Sequence record: OP557969.1
DNA length: 64,000 bases
Direction: 5' to 3' (one strand)
DNA from: Escherichia phage ph0011
The first letter of the stretch is position 1. The number at the start of each line of letters is the position of its first letter. The notes under the pieces were generated by a model. It was not told where the DNA came from, made no database searches, and saw nothing but the letters and a program-made list of their open reading frames with translations. Made by a program: the position numbers and the translations under genes. This document shows, piece by piece, positions 58,067-64,000 of the stretch.

Positions 58067-58074
58067 TATTTATA
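58067..58074 (-). promoter_or_regulatory. T4-type late promoter (TATAAATA)
   Basis: TATAAATA on the minus strand 38 nt upstream of the ATG at 58029. Confidence 0.45.
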
Positions 58075-58265
58075 TTATAACAAAATTATTTTAGTATTAA
58101 AAAGGTGTTCGAATGCTTCTTGAAATCTGGCTTGGACAGGTCAATCTTTGCTTTTAAAATGGAATTGTAAACTGCCTCCTGATATGATATCATAGTTTAA
58201 ATGGTAAATCAATAAACTTAACAAAAAAAACTTGCTACTACAGTCATAATTGTTCAATTTTGTAC

Positions 58266-58294
58266 TTGACATAATTAATCAATTATTGTACTAT
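58266..58294 (+). promoter_or_regulatory. candidate sigma70-like promoter
   Basis: TTGACA-N17-TACTAT about 35 nt upstream of the ATG at 58330. Confidence 0.4.
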
Positions 58295-58329
58295 TGTTAA
58301 TGTTCCTTAACTCAAATCCGAGGTAATCA

Positions 58330-58935
58330 ATGAAACTATTCTTGAAAGAGATTGTACAAACCGTTGTTTTAATCGCTGCATTAAATTTTCCAGCAGCGGC
58401 AGAAGTTTCAAAAAAAGCATCTGTTCTTCTATTAAATGAACAGGTTGTATCAATGGATGGTGAACTAAATGATAATACGGTACAAGAAGTAGAGCAGTTG
58501 TGGAAAGAAAAAAGATTTAAAATTTTAACAATTACATCACCTGGGGGTGATTTTGATGCTGGTATTAAAATGGCAAATTTTGTTAGAGACAATGGTATAA
58601 ATTTAATTGTTTCTAAATATTGCAATTCGGCATGTACTGTGGTATTCTTTAGTGTATCCCCAGAAAAGCGATATATGACAAATCAATCAGTACTGGGATT
58701 GCATAATATTTCAATCAAAAGTAACGTTAAAGATATGGATCATACTTTCGTATCTGTTAGACAACTATCATCATTTACTGAAGAAATGGCAACAAAAGTA
58801 GGATTTTTATTTACACTATATTCAGCTAATGGTATTCCACCTAGCATTCTATATAAAGTTAGTCGTTCACGTGGTGAAGATGTTGTTATCTTAACAAAAA
58901 CAGACCTAATAAATTACGGTTCAGTCAATCCATGA
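58330..58935 (+). CDS. putative secreted ClpP/SppA-fold serine peptidase-like protein
   Basis: ATG after GAGG; N-terminal signal-peptide-like hydrophobic segment; ITSPGGDFDAG and CNSACTVVFF resemble the ClpP/S49 SPGG and Ser regions. Confidence 0.45.
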   Translation: MKLFLKEIVQTVVLIAALNFPAAAEVSKKASVLLLNEQVVSMDGELNDNTVQEVEQLWKEKRFKILTITSPGGDFDAGIKMANFVRDNGINLIVSKYCNSACTVVFFSVSPEKRYMTNQSVLGLHNISIKSNVKDMDHTFVSVRQLSSFTEEMATKVGFLFTLYSANGIPPSILYKVSRSRGEDVVILTKTDLINYGSVNP

Positions 58936-59003
58936 AAATAATTATAATAACAGGATGATTATGTTGTTCTTCCTTTGTTATTAACTATATCGGAAATATA
59001 ACC

Positions 59004-59264
59004 ATGACAAACATCCAGAATTTGACATCTATTATTTTTTATGCTACAGTGGTGATATATGCTATTGTACTTATTTTAACAGTTTTTATATACAAAGATT
59101 ACAAAAAAGGCTTTATTAATAGCACAACAATCAAGTTCAATTCTAAATTTAAAGAAATTATATTTTATGTTTTGACAACATCATATTTGTTGTGTATATT
59201 GTTACTAGGGCCATTGATTTATATTTTATATACAACATTATTTGCAATTGGAGCTATTTTATGA
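59004..59264 (+). CDS. small predicted membrane protein
   Basis: ATG ORF; two hydrophobic helices; stop overlaps next start (ATGA). Confidence 0.5.
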   Translation: MTNIQNLTSIIFYATVVIYAIVLILTVFIYKDYKKGFINSTTIKFNSKFKEIIFYVLTTSYLLCILLLGPLIYILYTTLFAIGAIL

Positions 59265-59857
59265 CATGTATTATTGCACACACTAACGGTGTAACTTCAT
59301 TTATTGCAGGGGACAAGATGGGGAGTGATGGTTTTACGAAATCAATCCAAACAGAGCCGAAAGTGTTTGAGAAAGAATTCGTAAAGATTAGTGGTGATGA
59401 CGGCTTGACTCGTACAAAAGATGTTATGACTTTTGGATTCACTACATCATTTCGTATGGGGCAACTGCTAACTTACAATTTAAATTTACCAGACCAAAAT
59501 TCAAATGAGACGTTTCTACAGTACTTAGTACTGAAAGTTATTCCTATTATTCGCCAAATGTTTAAAGACGAATGGGGTGCACGTGATACATCACAAGATG
59601 TTGGTGGTGGTCAATTTATTATTTTACACAATCATAAGATTTATGAAATTCAGGAAGATTTTTCAGTTCTCCAGTCAAAATCAAGTATTGCATCAGTTGG
59701 TAGTGGTACATATCATGCAATTGCAGCGATGCAAGCATACATTGAACTCGAAAAAGAAACTAACGTACAACTTCATGAACGTATCAAATCTATTTTCAAA
59801 ATTGTCAGTGATAATGTGTCGAGTGTAAGTGAAGAGTTTGATGTATTAAAATATTAA
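59261..59857 (+). CDS. proteasome-type Ntn-hydrolase (HslV-like peptidase)
   Basis: ATG at 59261; N-terminal MTCIIAHTNGVTSFIAGD (Thr directly after Met) and IASVGSGTYHAIAAMQAYIE parallel HslV TTIV...IAGD and IAIGSGGPYA segments. Confidence 0.65.
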   Translation: MTCIIAHTNGVTSFIAGDKMGSDGFTKSIQTEPKVFEKEFVKISGDDGLTRTKDVMTFGFTTSFRMGQLLTYNLNLPDQNSNETFLQYLVLKVIPIIRQMFKDEWGARDTSQDVGGGQFIILHNHKIYEIQEDFSVLQSKSSIASVGSGTYHAIAAMQAYIELEKETNVQLHERIKSIFKIVSDNVSSVSEEFDVLKY

Positions 59858-59872
59858 AATTATAAGAGAGAA

Positions 59873-60067
59873 ATGATGGCATACACAATTTATGAATGGA
59901 TTTTGAGTTTTATTATAGTATTTTTTATGGTTGTAATTTACAATAATGCTAAATGCTTATATAGAGATTTAAAATCCAATGGTTATCATGCAAACAATAA
60001 TTTAATGTATGCCTATCATATTGGAATCATTCTATTATTATCAATATATTTAATTGGCTTTATATAA
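59873..60067 (+). CDS. small predicted membrane protein
   Basis: ATG ORF; hydrophobic 64 aa. Confidence 0.5.
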   Translation: MMAYTIYEWILSFIIVFFMVVIYNNAKCLYRDLKSNGYHANNNLMYAYHIGIILLLSIYLIGFI

Positions 60068-60076
60068 GGATTACGT

Positions 60077-60829
60077 ATGATATCAGAAAAATTCATAAGT
60101 AATGAGGGAAACAAGAGATTACTTATCATCTCAGGAGCAGGTCTTTCCGTTGAAAGTGGTATGGACCCATTTCGTTTCGATGATGGCCTATGGGATACAT
60201 TTAAAATTAATGATGTATGTAATATTGCAAATTTAGATACAAAATATCATATTGTTCATTCGTTTTATAACACGCTGCGTGTTAAACTGGGTCAATGTGA
60301 ACCAAATGCAATGCATTATTTTATAAAATCATTAGAGGAACAATATGGTGATTGTTTCCTTCATATGACTTCAAATATGGATGATCTTTACACCCGTATT
60401 GGCGGTAAAGAACTTAAACTTCATGGTAATTTATGTGAAGTGATAGAAAATTATAGTATTAATGGTGATGATTACAACATTGTTAACTGTGGTTATGAGC
60501 CATATATCCCAAAACATGATATTTTTGCTAAACCAAATGTAGTGATGATTGGTGAGTATCATCGTTATGTAGATGGTGTACGCCTACCAATATATGAAGA
60601 ACGAAATAATGTCTTGAAATCCCTTGATGAAAATGATACAGTTATTGTTATTGGTAGCAGCGATACTGTTCTTGTATGGTCCCGATTGGTAGCATCATTG
60701 CCATGTTATAGTGTCAATGTTAATATTAGAAAGAATGATAATGATTTTTTGTTTAATGAAAAAATTATCAAGCCAGCAACCAAAGCAATACCACAACTAG
60801 AGACTATAATTAAGGAACGTATGAAATGA
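60077..60829 (+). CDS. Sir2-like (sirtuin family) protein
   Basis: ATG after AAGGA; LLIISGAGLSVESGMDPFR (GAGxS.ESG..FR), LHGNL (catalytic His), VVMIGE and TVIVIGSS motifs; canonical Zn CxxC pairs not evident. Confidence 0.78.
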   Translation: MISEKFISNEGNKRLLIISGAGLSVESGMDPFRFDDGLWDTFKINDVCNIANLDTKYHIVHSFYNTLRVKLGQCEPNAMHYFIKSLEEQYGDCFLHMTSNMDDLYTRIGGKELKLHGNLCEVIENYSINGDDYNIVNCGYEPYIPKHDIFAKPNVVMIGEYHRYVDGVRLPIYEERNNVLKSLDENDTVIVIGSSDTVLVWSRLVASLPCYSVNVNIRKNDNDFLFNEKIIKPATKAIPQLETIIKERMK

Positions 60830-61377
60830 GTGTTAAAGAAGTTCCCTTTGGTGAATATGGTTCACGTGCAAATTTTGTATTCTGCTATTTCTTTGCAAGA
60901 GGATGTAATCCCTACGAAAACTATGAGTTGAATGATATACCAGAAGTAAATTTAGTATTACTTCAACTACGATGGGATGGCCTTCTGGGTGGATGTGGTG
61001 GTACAGTTGAAAGTACTGATATCTCATTAGAAGATGCGTTGCGTCGTGAAATACAAGAAGAAATGAACTACTATATTTTTGTTTCTCACCTAAAACCACT
61101 TAAAACGTTTGAAATTTACCCAGGTGCAAACAGTCATAGTTTCAGTTATGAAGTAACATATGATGAGTTAAAATACATTCGTGATGGGTATACAACTGCC
61201 AAACATGCAAGTGCCGAAGTTGCTGGTGTAAATTTATGTCACATTTCTCGTTATTCTAAGGGACAAAATCGAGAAGCGGGATATAATAATCTTATGACAC
61301 AGAACTTCATCGGTACAGCAAAACACGAATTAGCGTATCTGGTACAAAAAGAGAACTTACTAATTAGCTATCTATAG
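60826..61377 (+). CDS. Nudix-like hydrolase (tentative)
   Basis: ATGA overlap with the Sir2-like gene; Nudix-box-like GCGGTVE...RREIQEEMN with non-canonical spacing. Confidence 0.45.
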   Translation: MSVKEVPFGEYGSRANFVFCYFFARGCNPYENYELNDIPEVNLVLLQLRWDGLLGGCGGTVESTDISLEDALRREIQEEMNYYIFVSHLKPLKTFEIYPGANSHSFSYEVTYDELKYIRDGYTTAKHASAEVAGVNLCHISRYSKGQNREAGYNNLMTQNFIGTAKHELAYLVQKENLLISYL

Positions 61378-61387
61378 GAGTTTAAAA

Positions 61388-61708
61388 ATGTCTTACTCTA
61401 TGTTTTTGGATGACATTCGTGATGCAAAACAATATTACCCTAATCAAGATATGGTAGTATGTCGTGATTTTAACAGTGCGTGTGAATATGTTGTTAAAAA
61501 TGGAATTCCAGCATTTGTATCATTTGACCATGACTTGGGTGATATGAGTGGAGACGAAAAAACTGGATATTCTTTTGCTAAATTTCTTATTGATTATATG
61601 TTTGATAATAATATTAAAGAACCGTTTGAGTACTTTGTGCACAGTAGTAACCCAGTTGGTAAAGTTAACATTGAAACATACTTAAACAATGGATTTAATG
61701 CATTATGA
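61388..61708 (+). CDS. hypothetical protein
   Basis: ATG after AGGAG; 106 aa. Confidence 0.55.
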   Translation: MSYSMFLDDIRDAKQYYPNQDMVVCRDFNSACEYVVKNGIPAFVSFDHDLGDMSGDEKTGYSFAKFLIDYMFDNNIKEPFEYFVHSSNPVGKVNIETYLNNGFNAL

Positions 61709-62007
61709 TTCAAACACATATTAAAAGTATCATTTGCACTATACTACTAGGTGTAGGAGTTCTATGGTTCAGTAATTATCACGAGAACACTAAGCGTACA
61801 AATATTCACTATAATACCGCAGAAGTTGTAAGTTTAGGACAATGTAGTGAGTACAAATGTTCGTTTATGTACAAAACCAGTAATGGTGAAGTACGTAATG
61901 GACTATCTAGTGAACCAGTTTCGATTGGTCAAATTGTTTACCAGGAGTGCTGGGAAGAAAAGGTTCGAGGTTCACGATGTTATGTTGAATACGAACCAAA
62001 AATGTAA
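61705..62007 (+). CDS. hypothetical protein with N-terminal transmembrane segment
   Basis: ATGA overlap; hydrophobic N-terminus. Confidence 0.5.
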   Translation: MIQTHIKSIICTILLGVGVLWFSNYHENTKRTNIHYNTAEVVSLGQCSEYKCSFMYKTSNGEVRNGLSSEPVSIGQIVYQECWEEKVRGSRCYVEYEPKM

Positions 62008-62070
62008 TAATAACATGAGTCAATAATAATAGCCGAGTACAAGGATGTACTCACAATTCAAGGATGTTTT

Positions 62071-63510
62071 ATGAAAAAATATACAATTGACACAAACGTA
62101 CTACTATCTGATCCAAATGCATCTGTTGCTTTTGATGGTGCTGCAATCATTCTACCATTTACAGTACTGGAAGAATTGGATTCGATTAAGAGTCGCAATG
62201 TTGATGTTTCACGTGATGCTCGTGTTGCGATTCGTAACATTGAAGCAATTATTGCAGAGGCATCACATAATGAGATTAGTTGTACTGGTGTTAATATTGC
62301 TGATGTTCATACCAATATGAGTCCTGAAAGCAAATTGTTTGTTATTACAAACGAAGAAGCTGAAGCACTAATTCGTACTAAGGCAATTGAAGATAAAGTT
62401 CAAACACTTCTCAAAAGTTCTGTACCAGATGATAAAATTATCTTAGTCGCTTTAGCAACTGATTCAGTACTGGTTACCCGTGATATCAATATGCGTATCA
62501 AGGCTCTTAGTTATGGAGTTGAAGTACAGGATTATCGTCATGATGTGGTTATCGGTGATAGCGATCTAATGCACGTAGGTCAACATCATCTCGATATCGA
62601 TTTCTGGGCAGAATTCAGTGGGATTGAAAATGCTGAAATTAAATCTGAAAAAACAGGTCGCCGCCTGTATCATTATATCCCAACACATCTAATCAAAGAT
62701 CTTCTTCCACAAAATCTTTGTATTGGTGACTATCTATATGATAATGCTGATGTGCTCTTTGTTTACGAAGGTCAGTCTGCAATCGAAGAAGATGATGGTA
62801 GTCTAACACCAGAAGATATTTTGGTCTTCCAAGATATTGGTCAATCTGTTGCATTACGTGCTAATGTATGGGATATTAAAGCTAAGAATGTCAAACAAGC
62901 ACTAGCTATTAATAGTATTCTCGATCCCGATGTACATCTAACAGTTCTACTAGGTTCTGCTGGGACAGGAAAAACACTAATTACGATTGCTACTGCACTA
63001 GAGTTAGTTCTGGAAAAACGTAAATACGACCGTATTATCTTCTCTAAAACACAAGATTCACAGTTTGAAGATATCGGATTCTTGCCTGGTTCAGAGGCCG
63101 AGAAAGTGATTCCATTTTGTGGTCCAGCGATTGACGCACTAGAGTACCTACATAAAGATGATGCAAATCCACAAGGTAGCATTGAGGAAATCATGAAACG
63201 TAATGTTATCCAGTTCAAAGCATTGAACTTTATTCGTGGTCGTTCTTTTGCCAATACAATTCTAATTGTGGATGAAGCACAGAACTTAACACCAGCCCAG
63301 CTAAAAACTGTCTTGACAAGAGCCGGAGAAAACTGTAAAGTAATCATACTTGGTAACCTAGCACAGATCGATAACAAGTTTATCAGTCCAGTAAACAGCG
63401 GTCTAACTTATGTAACTGAGAAATTTAAAAATTGGTCTGGTTGTCGTATCATTGAATTGGAAGGTGTTGTTCGTTCACCACTTGCTGAATTTGCTGAAGA
63501 AAATATGTAA
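62071..63510 (+). CDS. phoH: PhoH-like ATPase with N-terminal PIN domain (YlaK type)
   Basis: ATG after AAGGA; PIN-like N-terminus (YTIDTNVLLSDPNA...LEELD); Walker A LLGSAGTGKT, Walker B ILIVDEAQNL. Confidence 0.88.
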   Translation: MKKYTIDTNVLLSDPNASVAFDGAAIILPFTVLEELDSIKSRNVDVSRDARVAIRNIEAIIAEASHNEISCTGVNIADVHTNMSPESKLFVITNEEAEALIRTKAIEDKVQTLLKSSVPDDKIILVALATDSVLVTRDINMRIKALSYGVEVQDYRHDVVIGDSDLMHVGQHHLDIDFWAEFSGIENAEIKSEKTGRRLYHYIPTHLIKDLLPQNLCIGDYLYDNADVLFVYEGQSAIEEDDGSLTPEDILVFQDIGQSVALRANVWDIKAKNVKQALAINSILDPDVHLTVLLGSAGTGKTLITIATALELVLEKRKYDRIIFSKTQDSQFEDIGFLPGSEAEKVIPFCGPAIDALEYLHKDDANPQGSIEEIMKRNVIQFKALNFIRGRSFANTILIVDEAQNLTPAQLKTVLTRAGENCKVIILGNLAQIDNKFISPVNSGLTYVTEKFKNWSGCRIIELEGVVRSPLAEFAEENM

Positions 63511-63538
63511 TATTGTATGGGACAATATGTCCCATACA

Positions 63539-63547
63539 TGATATAAT
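63539..63547 (+). promoter_or_regulatory. candidate extended -10 promoter (TGaTATAAT)
   Basis: Follows an 8-bp hairpin immediately after the phoH stop; upstream of the ATG at 63580. Confidence 0.4.
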
Positions 63548-63579
63548 GCTGTTATCATAATACAGAAGGAGATAGTAAA

Positions 63580-63768
63580 ATGGCTAAACAACCTAAGAAA
63601 AAAGAACCAGTAGCTAAAGTTAAAAAAGCAAAAGTTATTACATCCACAGAACAACGTATGTACGAACAACGTAAGAGTGAAACACTTTCTGGTCTACAAG
63701 CTCTTCGCAAACAAGGAGTCCTAACTCGTGCACAATATCGTAAGTTGGTAACACAAAAAGGTTATTGA
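63580..63768 (+). CDS. small basic hypothetical protein
   Basis: ATG after AAGGAG; Lys-rich 62 aa. Confidence 0.55.
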   Translation: MAKQPKKKEPVAKVKKAKVITSTEQRMYEQRKSETLSGLQALRKQGVLTRAQYRKLVTQKGY

Positions 63769-63870
63769 TACATTTGAAGTAATATTATGGGGTTCTTAAT
63801 AAATAACCTTATAAGAATAATAATACTTTTTATTAAATTAAAAAGAACTCCATGTGTTATTTCAGTTTTT

Positions 63871-63897
63871 ATCCCTGTCGGTTGGCAGGGATTTTTT
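63871..63897 (+). terminator. rho-independent terminator
   Basis: ATCCCTG-loop-CAGGGAT hairpin followed by T6. Confidence 0.5.
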
Positions 63898-63994
63898 CTA
63901 TCTATGTATTGACAAAAGGATTAATTTATGAGAACATGTATAAAAGGCCGTATGACATTCCATTAGGTTAGTTTTTAACTTAAAGGAGATATAT

Positions 63995-64000
63995 ATGTTT
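63995..64000 (+). CDS. start of a gene truncated by the window end
   Basis: ATG 8 nt after AAGGAG at the last six bases of the window. Confidence 0.3.

Noticed and set aside
1-64000. Prophage or integrative-element signatures (integrase, transposase, att sites) and rRNA/tRNA genes.
   Set aside because: None seen; gene content and promoter motifs fit a lytic T4-like phage early region. tRNA absence is by eye only and should be confirmed with tRNAscan-SE.

Overview
AT-rich, very gene-dense window that reads as a T4-like (Tevenvirinae-related) phage early region. About 150 predicted genes lie on the + strand, many with overlapping start/stop codons (ATGA, TAATG); the single clear minus-strand gene is a 890-aa Ig-like repeat protein behind a T4-type late promoter. 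Recognisable genes, called from recalled similarity and motifs and not from any search: RNA ligase 1 (rnlA), polynucleotide kinase/phosphatase (pseT), DNA ligase (gp30-like), dCMP deaminase (cd), phage Dam-type N6-adenine methyltransferase, an HxGH nucleotidyltransferase, ClpP-like and HslV-like proteases, a Sir2-like protein next to a Nudix-like protein, two metallophosphoesterases and a PIN-PhoH ATPase. The most striking feature is the first ~29 kb: a tandem array of at least 45 paralogous small genes (plus two outliers near rnlA) that share an invariant Phe-Gln core motif ([DE][DE]x[FYL]FQx[ST][LTI]) and match no family I recognise. Two smaller paralog families and a ~540-bp ORF-free island are also present. 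No rRNA, tRNA, CRISPR array, integrase or transposase was identified. Many start codons were reassigned by hand from the ORF track and remain uncertain.
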